This document shows, piece after piece, positions 1 to 10,565 of a stretch of 64,000 nt of DNA. The DNA is from Negaprion brevirostris (Eukaryota), in contig JARDVH010000150.1 in assembly GCA_030324005.1 (NCBI GenBank), positions 27,968,221-28,032,220 on the forward strand. Reading direction: 5' to 3'. Position 1 is the stretch's first letter. Each line of letters begins with the position of its first letter. The notes beneath the pieces are model-generated. The model saw only the letters and a list, made by a program, of their open reading frames with translations. It was not told the DNA's origin and ran no database searches. The position numbers and the translations under genes were made by a program.

Positions 1-409
1 AACTTAAATACTGCTGAATTTGGAGATGGAGGGGTCTTATAATTTCTCTGCAATTCTAGACTAGATACCAGAAGTTACCTAATACAGGCAAACACTCTGG
101 ACAGACAGAAAATATTTTCCCCACAGCTGAAGAATCATTGAATGCAGCTATTCAGAAGCATTATTTTGCAAATTGATGGCTGAAAACATAGTACAAAGTC
201 CATAAGCCTAGCAATAGCAGTATGCTATTCAGCTCCTCAAAACCATTCTGCTTTTCAACTAAATCTTTGATCTATAACCTCAACTCCATATATGCATTTG
301 CTTGAAATGATTTAATAACCACCAGATGGGATGAGGGGAGAGGGAGTGAGCAGCAAGTTTTAGATTTCCACTACCTGCTGTGTGGGAAAGTACATCATGA
401 TTTTATCCC

Positions 410-592
410 ATCTGGTTTTCTAATGCCCTTTGGGGAAAGAAATCTGCTGTCCTTATCTAGCCTGGCCTACATGTGACTCCAGAGCTATAACAATGTGGTT
501 GACTCTCAACTGCCCTCCAACAAACTAGGGTTGGGCAATAAATGCTGGCCAGCCAGCAACGCCCATGTCCCATGAATGAATTAAAAAAAAAA
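410..592 (+). mobile_element. 3' half of a common shark SINE (LINE-shared tail ending in an A-run)
   Basis: ...ggcaataaatgctggccagccagcaacgcccatgtcccatgaatgaattaaaaaa; the same tail recurs at about 3120-3225, 25870-25985 and 40130-40210. Confidence 0.7.
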
Positions 593-596
593 GTCA

Positions 597-742
597 TTTG
601 GGGCGAATAGAATCAAAGGTTATGGGGAGAAAGCAGAATTAAGCTATTGAGTTGGACGATCAGCCATGATCGTGATAAATGGCGGAGAAGGCTGAAGGGC
701 CAAATGGCCTCCTCCTGCTCCTATCTTCTATGTTGCTATGTA
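597..742 (+). mobile_element. CR1 (HER1-like) LINE 3' end fragment
   Basis: gatcagccatgatcg...ggctgaagggccaaatggcctcctcctgctcctatcttctatg, a typical chondrichthyan CR1 tail. Confidence 0.75.
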
Positions 743-2512
743 AATGAACCTCGTTCTAATTTAACATTATGCCACTTGTTCTGGATTACCCCACCATAGA
801 ATCTTGTTTCCCTGTAATGAATTTACTGATTGCCTTAATCATTTTAAAGACCTTGATTACATTATGCCATAATCTTCTAAGCTTAAAGGAGTACACAAGT
901 CAGGCTCATGCAACCTATCCTTGTAATTTGGCCATTAAGCTTCGGTTCCAATCTGGTGAATTTGTACTGAATACTGATCACAAAATTCTGATGCAGAAAA
1001 TAGCATAACTGACAAAAGCAACTCTGGAATCGCGTGTAGAGCCTTCCGCGAATCTTACCTGTATCGCCAGCAGCTGAGAGTAACTAGAATAGGAGTAAAA
1101 GATACATTGCTGATCATCTATTACTTTAATAGTAGCATAAAACAATAAGAGCATGATCAGCACCAGCAATCACAATGTTTTTGAGCTGGGCCTTAAACAT
1201 TGTGGTACAATGTGGGTGAAGCTCTGTCAAGCTGATGTAAGATTCAAAAACTACTAGGACTGTACTGTAAAGCTTTTGTATCCTCTGCTTAGTCATACAC
1301 CAAATTAACTGGATACTCCTCAAAATAATGCTGGACCCTGGGATACCACCTCAGATCCCAGACAACCTAACTCACCTGAACATGGTTCTGGGGAAATCGA
1401 CTGGTTAAATGTTAAAAAGATTTTCACTTACATATATTTGGTTATGGTATGAAAGACATTCAATCTCCAATGAAAGGATCTCAATATCAGGTTGTTTTTG
1501 ATTGTCATGCCAATTCCAGTGTTCAGCTTCTTTTCAAGGGAGCTGCAAACTGCTAAACCAATAGTATCTCCTTAAACGAACCTGATGTTTCTATTTTGGC
1601 TGAGGCGATACACGGCACTGACGTTGCCTGTGGCATCGCGCAACCCCATTAAGCCTTAGTTGTCGGCTGTCAAGTGCGTTCAAGTGAAATTGCCCTCACT
1701 GTTCTAGGTTGAGGCTCATGAACAGTACAGGAAGAATAATTGAATTAGCTTGGCTGGTTCAAATTCCTCCACGCCCTGATTCCTTAAAGTAAACCAGCTA
1801 GTTTGAAAACAGAATATACTGAGAATGAAAGAAAGATCACAAGACCTATGTAATCTGGATTCCTTGTCCAAATTCAATACTCAGGATACAATGAAGAAGT
1901 TTAGAATATAATTCTATTAAACTAGGTAAGAGTGAACTGACAAACATTGACAACACGATACTACTTTAAATGTGTGGCAAGCAGCAGCACTAATAAAGCA
2001 AGACTTTAGTCCAATTGTATCTGGGGATATTTAAATGTTATGTTGTATGGAGTGATTAAGATCTCTCTCCCAGTGTACGACTACACAAAGGATACAAATC
2101 TGTCCCTCTCCTGCACCTATGTTGCCCACAAAATAAAGGTGTCACCCAAATAAGTTATTTCACAAGTCCAGATAGAGGGTTCTGCCCAAGAAAACAACTG
2201 GTTTTGTCACTGCAAATTTTCCCCTTTACCAACACCTCACAAACTTGAGTTACTGAATCAATTGTGGGATTGCTACAACTGCGAAGAGCTAACTCAGGAC
2301 AGTTTGGGCATCAAACATGAGATTATTGCATAAATAATAAGTTTTGCACAAGCAGTGCAGGTTGATTAGGATGTAAGTGCTTTTGGCAAAAATAAGATTC
2401 CCATCATCATTTTCTGAAGTACTGCAATGCTTACAATACTAAAGTTCTACTTTTACAGAATACATATTTTTATTTACAAGAAAAACATAATTCTTATTTA
2501 CAGCAAGTGTCA

Positions 2513-2562
2513 CCAAATATCATCAGTAGCATCAACAAACATCATCGGTAGCATCAACAAAT
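2513..2562 (+). repeat. Short tandem duplication (about 21 bp unit)
   Basis: caaatatcatcagtagcatcaa / caaacatcatcggtagcatcaa. Confidence 0.7.
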
Positions 2563-2584
2563 AATACAGAAGTTGGACTCATAC

Positions 2585-2705
2585 CTAGCCTTGATTGCAA
2601 GGCTCCATCATCAGCAGATGCCATATCGTTGAGTCTCAAGAGGCCTCGTCCCCTCTCTACCCAGGATTGTGATGTCTTGTCAAACACAAATAACTTGCAT
2701 TGAAT
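2585..2705 (-). CDS. RANBP3: RANBP3 coding exon IQCKLFVFDKTSQSWVERGRGLLRLNDMASADDGALQSRL (RanBD)
   Basis: ttgtcag acceptor and gtatga donor; 121 nt. Contains the RanBD WxERGxG motif. The next expected exon (VMRTQGSL...) was not found in the window. Confidence 0.97.
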
Positions 2706-2749
2706 CTGACAATAATCAGGGAAATGTTCTATATAAGCACAATATCATA

Positions 2750-3225
2750 AGCGAGCATGTTACTGGACTAGTGATCTGCAGGCTGATATTCAAATCCCAT
2801 CAGGGAAGCTGGGGAATTTACATTCAGTTAATTAAATCTCATCTAAAACTGTTGCATTGTAGGAAAACCCCATGTGATTTACTCATGTCCTTTAGGGAGG
2901 ACTCTTATTGTGCTTTCCTAATCCACCCTGTATGTGATTCTTGATTATTCTCTGAAATGGTCTACCAAACAATGCTCCACGAGTAGATTACAATCCTTCT
3001 GAGCATTAATTTCTTGATGAGCTGCTTATATTTTAAAAGGCACCAAGGTTTCATGAGGTTGTGAGCTGGCTGCACAATTCCAGATTGCAGAATGGCTAGA
3101 CACATGCACCTTCAAGGGATGGTTGTTAGCAAGCCATTCAGTCGCATCAAGAGTAATTGGGAATAGGCAAGAAATGCTGGCTGGCTTTGCCAGTGGTGCC
3201 CACATCCCATGAAAAAATAAAAACT
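2750..3225 (+). mobile_element. Decayed tRNA-derived SINE (same family as 410-592), interrupted
   Basis: Head ttactggactagtgatc...ttcaaatccca, middle tcatgtcctttagggagg, tail aatgctgg...gcccacatcccatgaaaaaa. Confidence 0.6.
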
Positions 3226-6010
3226 GTCAGGCCAAAAATCCACCTCTAATAAAACAATCGAAACTGATCATGAAATCCAAAAACACGCCTTTGCCAAACT
3301 GTAAAAGTCACTCATAAAATGTTTATAATTTATTCTCATTAGAAAAGTTGTCCTAGTTGAAGTATCCTCCCAACTGCACTCTTCCCACCGACCCTTCTCT
3401 AGTTTTCTGGCTCTGGAGGCTCCTGAACAGATGCTGATCTTTGCCTGGCTCTTGTAAGCAAGCTGATATCAATATCATATAGGAGATATTCTGATAGGTG
3501 ACTAAAATCTTTTATCAATGCAGAAGCAGTATAAGTTGGTGCAAATGTACGGCAAGCTCCTGGTCTTAGCTAATGCCACCACAGCAGAGTAAAATATGGG
3601 AGGCACAGAGAAGAAATACTCCATTAACAATTCTGGTACAGTCTCTCTCATTTTTTTGATTGCAGTTCCACTTTCACATACAAATGGCTACGGTCATCCA
3701 AAAGGTAGGCTGGGTCTAAGATATACAGTGCCCACTGACACTAGACAGCTGTGTTAGTCCACGTTAATCACATCCATGTTAATTTTCCAGTTTATAGCCT
3801 CATTTTAAGTTGTATCTCTCATCTGAAGGAGGCAACAATAGACAGATGGATTTGATAGAACAAGAAATTAAAATAGCTTTGAAGTTCAATGGTGGCAGCT
3901 TTGTATATGGAATTCAAATGATATTCAAAGGAAAGTCATGTCAAATGTTACCTAAAACTGTTCCTTACTCTTTCAGTCTCTGTAGCATATTAAAATTCTT
4001 ACATAGACCTCTTGCTACACTTAGAAGTGCTATATATACATTTCCTAAGGCAATTTCAATGTCAAATGACCATTCTGAGCTCGTAGGCTTACCAGTTACG
4101 TTTACGACTGATTCAGGAGGTGGTGCTCACAAAGAATGTTTGATATTCACTTTATAACATTTCTGCCACATTGTCACTTGGTAAGCTGAGGTAAAGCATG
4201 TTCTGTCTAGTTCCATCCATTGAGTTATTGGAAATTTGTCTACTTTTAAATGGAATAAAAATAGCTATCTTTTATGTATTTAATGCTTGTAAACCTCCAT
4301 ACGCTTGTCTTACCCTTGCCTAATCTCTTTTGATGGTTCTTACTTACAGTATTATCCTAATAAAAATGTATTCCTGCATCCCTAGCCAGCTGCATCCTTC
4401 ATGTATCATAAATAACTGTGATGGGCTAACCAATGTTTAAGTTTTAATATCTTTTCTCTTTTCCACTGATTTTCTAAAAACCTGTTTGCATGCTGCAGGA
4501 TGATTCCAGCAGCCTGCGGTTCTAACAGCTCTGAGTATCGTCTGCTGAAAGGATCTTTTCTTAATTGGAAGGGTGCTTTCAATTTTCCCCTAATCTCTTC
4601 TTGGGGCATATGAATGGAATCACATGTTGAGCCATCAACAAGGAATCACTCTTCACCATGGGCATTCCTGGCAAGTTGTTCACAAATTTAGAGATGTGAT
4701 TAGGGAACATGAGCACTGCATTCAACATCTGCCTACCTTACTTGCTACCGTCCACATCTGAATAAGTCAGAGATGGTCACCTGGGAGAAACTCACTTAAG
4801 TAACCGACCATTCATTTTGAAGTAGCACCATATTTGGGCAGCAACCAGCTTAAGAATGTCTGCTGACTTTGGGTTTCATTATGGCTGGTTAATAAAACTG
4901 CTTTATTTTCCATATGTATATTCTTTGAATAACATGCATCCACGTTGTTTCAAGTTTGTTTATTTGACGTAACAAATGTGGCTAGATGCAACATAATTCA
5001 CAAACATTGGACCGCAGAGAAAAGCAAGCTATTCTGTGGGGCAAGTCATAGTTGTGGACCACTCATTTGCAATCTACTTGATGCTTGTCTTGAGACCTCA
5101 CTGACACTGATATCAATGCTCTCAGACATCAAGTTGTCTCTGGAGAAAGTTAAGCTGCAATAGCACCAAAATTCTTGTACCCCGCATCATGTGGATGGCT
5201 GGTGTTCTCTAGCCGCAGGATACACATTAACATTAAATCCAAACCCTTGCATTCACAAAGTGAGCAAAATATTTTGGAATGACAATCCGAAATAAGAAGT
5301 GTACTCATGGAAAATATGCAAGCCTTACAATGTGTATGAATCTGGAATCTGATATCAATGATTGCCCATGATGAAAAACTAGTGCAGTAACGGCACCTGA
5401 CTCACTGACTAGCTTAACACAAGAATAGTAAAATTAATTTGAAAACAAGATTTACGTCACTGATCTATATGAAAGTTTACAACTCAGTGAAAACTTCAAG
5501 AAACTCTTTTACGGAGATCAAGGAAAGATTTATGAAGGACAGCAGGGCAATATTTGAACATTGCACCTTCTTAGTGTACCATCAAGAGAATGAACTGTTT
5601 GAGTGAACAGGTACTTGAGATCTACATTACTCTTACATGCAATCTACAGTGAACCATAAGCTTTCCTTTGTATTTTTTTGAAAAAGAGACAGGTACAGAC
5701 TTTAAGAGAAATGGAAAAGAGCTGGGGTAGGAGTTGGAGTAGCTGCTACAGCCAACAAAGTGGTGAAGCAGAATCAGTGAGCTGTTTGAACAATTCCTGT
5801 CCATATGAACAGCCAGTTACCGCAGGCTGCTTTTTCACACTTCTCAGCAGAAACCTTGGGAGCAGATTTCTAGCTGGGGCAGCTACAAAGAAGGAAAATA
5901 TTTTAAAAAATAAAGTTTACCATTTCAATTCAGTACAATCGACAGCACTCTCCAACAATTAGTCAAGTTAGATACAAACAACAGACATTTTTGGAGTTTC
6001 AATCACATAC

Positions 6011-6135
6011 CTGTAAAACATTACTCTCTGCTTCTTCCCCAGTGATAACTTCCACCTTTTCCAGCAAGCATTTCTTAGCTGTTGCTTTGGTATAAGCAGC
6101 TGCAGACTCCTCCAGTGATTCTGTCACATTGTTTA
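6011..6135 (-). CDS. RANBP3: RANBP3 coding exon VNNVTESLEESAAAYTKATAKKCLLEKVEVITGEEAESNVLQ (start of Ran-binding domain)
   Basis: atcccag acceptor (alternative AG gives a start at 6120) and CAG|gtatgt donor. Near-identical to human. Confidence 0.96.
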
Positions 6136-6298
6136 CTGGGATTAAACAGAAATTAATTAATACTTGGATATATTTGGGACTTCATCGGGTCTCAGTGCTT
6201 CACATGACTTTAGTTTTCTTCAAGCGCAATAATCACCGTGGCACAGGTAAATGCAGCACTGATCTGTGTTAGCATCATCCCACAACTGTTAAAAATTT

Positions 6299-6587
6299 AA
6301 AGTTTATTCATTAGTTACAAGTAGGCTTACATTAACACTGCAATGAAGTTACTGAGAAAATCTCCTAGTTGCCACACTCCAGCATCTGTTCAGGTACAAA
6401 GGGAGAATTTAGCATGGCCGGCACATCTTTAGACTGTGGAAGGAAACCGTGGCACCCAGAGCAAACCCACACAGACTTGGGGAGAACATACAAATTCTAC
6501 ACAGACAGTGACCCAAGCCAGGAATCGAACCTAGGTCCCTGGCGCTGAAAGGCAGCAGAGCTAATCACTGTACCACTGTGCCACCAC
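6299..6587 (-). mobile_element. HE1/V-SINE-type tRNA-derived SINE
   Basis: The reverse strand begins GTGGCACAGTGGTACAGTGATTAG with B box GGTTCGATTCC, followed by the V-SINE-like central block. Close paralogs lie at 16633 and 20325. Confidence 0.85.
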
Positions 6588-6600
6588 AATCGTAAATCAG

Positions 6601-6649
6601 AATGATAGCAGACACAATATATAGCAATGATAGCAGATACAATATACAG
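6601..6649 (+). repeat. Short tandem duplication (25 bp unit)
   Basis: aatgatagcagacacaatatatagc / aatgatagcagatacaatatacag. Confidence 0.75.
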
Positions 6650-6882
6650 TACCAAGTTAATGATCAGGGTTCCAAACTAAATTACTGCAGATGCAGAGAA
6701 ACTGAAATAAAAACAGAAAATGAATTCATGCTTCAGGTCGATGACTGTTGTTTTAAGGGAAGGTCATTGATCTGAGACATTAACTGTGTCTTTCTCTCCA
6801 TATCTGCTGCCTGCTCTGCTGAGTATTTCGGCATTTTCTGTTTTCATCAAAGGCCAAGTTAACTACTTTTAACATCCCTTAC

Positions 6883-7018
6883 CTAACCAGTCAGTAGCCT
6901 TCTCTGGTGTAGCTTCCTGTGAAGGTTCAGGCACAGATCCTGATGCAACTCCTGCATTTTCTCCAAATATCTGGTCCTTGCTGCTTTCGATGCTCACATC
7001 ACCTGGCCGTGGCAAACT
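6883..7018 (-). CDS. RANBP3: RANBP3 coding exon SLPRPG...SQEATPEKATDWL
   Basis: tttgtag acceptor and TTAG|gtaagg donor; 136 nt, phase 0 to 1. SQEATPEK is conserved. Confidence 0.88.
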
Positions 7019-7308
7019 CTACAAACACAATTGACAATTCCAGGAACATTGCTGATCACTTCCTTGTTCATACCTTCCAAGTTATACTCAAAGATAGCAA
7101 TGGTCACCAATTGTTAACTATCAAATAAATGTCTGAATCGTGTTAAGCTAGTAAAAATTTTAAAATTATCTAATAGTACAGCTCAGAATAAACCAGTTGT
7201 GTGTTAGGGCTCCTCTTCCACTTGACACATACACAACTTGCATCCATCCATACAACAACATTAAGAGAATATAGATCATGAATGAAGTGTTTAATTTGCT
7301 GCACTCAC

Positions 7309-7393
7309 CAACACCCTCTCACTCATGTTTTCCCCAAAAACAAACTTGGCACCTCTTGCATTACTATCTGCATTTTCTCCAGAGTCCAAAAGA
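7309..7393 (-). CDS. RANBP3: RANBP3 coding exon LLDSGENADSNARGAKFVFGENMSERVL (FxFG repeat 2)
   Basis: ctttag acceptor and gtgagt donor; 85 nt, phase 2 to 0. Matches human KFVFGQNMSERVL. Confidence 0.95.
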
Positions 7394-7617
7394 CTAAAGT
7401 TGGGAGAGAAAAATAAACAATACCTAAGCAACTGGGCAAAAGTATGACAGACGTAATTTGGAATGAGTAATTACAAAGCAGTACACATTGAAAGAATAGC
7501 AGACACATTGAATTAATGGTATTGAGCTGGTTCCGAAAGGTTGGAAGGCACCTGGAAGGGATAGCAAGTTCAACACATAGCAGTCAATGGAGCAAAGACA
7601 TTGCTGAACTTTAACAA

Positions 7618-7715
7618 AAACATAAAATGCTGTAAAATCGCAGCAGATCTGACAGCATCTGTAGAGAGAATAGAGCTAACGGTTTGAGTCTGGATGACCC
7701 TTCGTCAGAGTTGAA
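7618..7715 (-). mobile_element. Penelope-like terminal fragment with decayed hammerhead motif
   Basis: Minus strand reads CTGACGA-AGGGTCATCCAGACTC-AAACCGTTAGCTCT...cagatgctgtcagatctgctg. Confidence 0.6.
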
Positions 7716-8654
7716 GACAAAGAAAACAGGATGAGATTTATAATATGAGGGTGAGGGTTGGACCGGAGGATGGGGAAGATACATTTTTTTCCATTCTTTG
7801 AATTAGCTTAACCCCCATATTAAGACCAACAGTAACACTTTTGATTTTGGCAAGAGTAATTGGATGGAATAAGAATTTGAAACAACTTAAGGCCAGCTTT
7901 ATCAATGGTGGGGGGATGAGAGATCTCAATACTGAGAACAAGAATGCTAACAGTTTTAAGAAATACTAAGGTTGGAGCCAGAGATAAGACGTAGTGGAAA
8001 ATGCTAGTCTTAAGAGAAACATGGGAGAAACTGCATCTTTGATGAACCAAAAGAAAATAATTTTCACTGATTAAATAATGGAGATCAAGTTACAATGTTC
8101 AAGGTCTGGAAGTTGCAGAGAGTAGAGTGAAAACAGAATTAGATAGCCTTATCATTTATTACATCATGATGTTTACAATTAAGATTTGGACTGAAATGGC
8201 ACTGAAATTTGAGATTACAGCAATACTGTTGCATCATATAATTTTGGTTACCAGATGATAGATAAGGATTTCAAATTCAGAATTTTTAAATTGTAAAGTG
8301 ATGAGCAAGGGTGCACTGCAAGGCATCACTCGAGGCATGTTTAAACAACAAACTAATACCCAAAAAAACAGCCCGTACAGTTACTCCTGTTTAGAAATTA
8401 GTATATTAGTGTTTGTCCCTACAGACTTGTACTTATTAAAATGTCAGGCACTTTATTAGTTCAGAATGCTTTGAAAGTCATAGGCTATACAGGTTCTGTA
8501 AATGCAAATGGATTTAGCACTTACTTTGCAGTGTTCTGTTTGATGTACTGNNNNNNNNNNNNNNNNNNNNNNNNNNNNNNNNNNNNNNNNNNNNNNNNNN
8601 NNNNNNNNNNNNNNNNNNNNNNNNNNNNNNNNNNNNNNNNNNNNNNNNNNTTAC

Positions 8655-8764
8655 TTTGCAGTGTTCTGTTTGATGTACTGGAGAAAATAGTTGGTAGCTG
8701 GTAATGTTTCTCCATCTGCAGAAGTTTGCTTCAAAGGACACGTAAAGTCACTGCCCTCCATCAT
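8655..8764 (-). CDS. RANBP3: RANBP3 coding exon MMEGSDFTCPLKQTSADGETLPATNYFLQYIKQNTA
   Basis: gttacag acceptor and AA|gtaa donor (the full gtaagt is visible in the duplicate copy across the gap, around 8519-8524); 110 nt. ATNYFLQYI is conserved. Confidence 0.9.
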
Positions 8765-8899
8765 CTGTAACACATCAATATATAGTAGGTATGCACAAGC
8801 TAGAACACACAAGGTTCCAACACAATTCCTGATTAGTTACTTCTATCCATCTCTTGACATTCAGTTTTTGCTAAGTGATGTGCAAATATAGATAAGAAA

Positions 8900-9140
8900 A
8901 CGTGATCAGCAGGGAGAAATCTTTTCTCTCAGAAGGTTATGTTACTTTGGAACTCTGCCCCCAGAAGGCAATGGAGGTGGAGGTCATTGAATATATTAAA
9001 TGTGGAGGTAGATGGATTCTTGTTAGACAAAGGAATCAAAGGTTATCAGAGATAGATGGGAATTTGAAATTCAAAATACAATCAGCCATGATTTTATTTA
9101 ATGGCAGAACAGGCATAAGGGTCCAATAGGCCTACTTTTG
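8900..9140 (+). mobile_element. CR1 LINE 3' fragment
   Basis: ttctctcagaaggtt...ggaactctgcccc...atcagccatgat...aatggcagaacagg. Confidence 0.7.
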
Positions 9141-9279
9141 CATGGTCACTATCCAAATGTTTGTATTATGGGGTCTTCAGATAAAGCAAAATTGAAAACC
9201 AACATTGAGCTATTACCTAGAATAGTTATACGCAGTTTAGTATGTCTGTAATTTCATGATTAGTCAATGAACTAAGAGG

Positions 9280-9660
9280 AGGAGTTAATTGGGAGGACCA
9301 TGGCACACATTGAGGCATGGGGGGTGGTTGTAAGGAGAATAACATAAGGGGGGCCACTGCCAAAGTTACCCAGGCTGGAAGAATGAGTTGAAGGTGGCAC
9401 AAAGGCTGGTTAATGGGTGAGAAAAACAAAGTGAGGAAAAGAGAGTTAGAAGGACAACGAAACACTGGTTGTGGATGTAGGGGTTGGCGGAGTAGAATGG
9501 GATGTGGAGGTGTGGCATGAACGGGTGAGAGTGCAGCATGGAAGGGGTAGGGGTCTAGCACGGGGGGTATGGAATGGGGAAGGATGCAATAGGCATAGTA
9601 TGAGTGGAGTTGGAGGGAGAGATGGCATAGCAAGGGAGGTATGGAAAGGGAGGCATAGCA
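9280..9660 (+). repeat. G/A-rich low-complexity tract
   Basis: Degenerate ggcatg/ggagg-type units that produce Pro/His-rich or Gly-rich spurious ORFs. Confidence 0.6.
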
Positions 9661-10249
9661 GTGCTGATGTAATTAGTTAAGTATATAGATTTAACCATGA
9701 ATGCTTTGCAGGGCTCCATTGGTCTTCCACAAAATATCTTTCATACGAACACAAGAATTTTAGGAAAAGAAGATCCTAACAAATCCATAGTTTCTTTAAG
9801 ACCAAGCCCACCTTCTCAGCATACATTTCAATATTGTTTCCTTTAGTGAAACTTCCATATGATTATCAAAGGGATGGAAGAAGGGTGAAGCATTAACACC
9901 AGCATGAAGGTGGTGGGTTGAATAGCTGAACATTAAATTCTATGACACTTTGAATCAAAAGTAGTTTCCTTTACACTTTTAAATCTCATCATGTCCCCTC
10001 ACATTTGAACTTTTATTGTGGTGAACTCCTTGACAGAAGCACTTTTGTTAGTTCATTACCTGGAAAACTTCAGTGAGTCACTGTCTCTTCAGAGAAAACA
10101 GGCCTAATTTCTTTAATCTTTTTCCCCCCAATTTAACTTTCCAGATATCAAGAATCACCAATGTAGTTTGCCTCTCCATAAATCTGCTGAGAAAATATCC
10201 TATAAACGATTTGACAACTGAACTGTATGCAGTTTCCCTTATTACCTTA

Positions 10250-10565
10250 TAGAGGATTGGCTGTCTAATAGGAAGCAGAGAGTTGGTATCAACGGGTGCT
10301 ATTCTGGTAGGCGGTTGGTGACTAGTGGAGTGCTGCAGGGATCAGTGCTGGGGCCTCAACTATTTACCATTTATATAGACGATCTGGAGANNNNNNNNNN
10401 NNNNNNNNNNNNNNNNNNNNNNNNNNNNNNNNNNNNNNNNNNNNNNNNNNNNNNNNNNNNNNNNNNNNNNNNNNNNNNNNNNNNNNNNNNCCATGATCTT
10501 ATTGAATGGCGGGGCAGGCTCAAAAGGCTAGATGGCCTACTCCTGCTCCTATTTCTTATGTTCTT
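10250..10565 (+). mobile_element. CR1 LINE ORF2 RT fragment plus 3' tail, spanning an assembly gap
   Basis: Encodes [24 protein letters not shown] (RT motif); a CR1 tail follows the gap. Confidence 0.85.

Noticed and set aside
3810-4157. 115-aa plus-strand ORF as an antisense gene
   Set aside because: Non-ATG start, no recognisable domain, and no convincing exon structure.
9226-9680. Pro/His-rich and Gly-rich ORFs
   Set aside because: By-products of a low-complexity G/A-rich tract.
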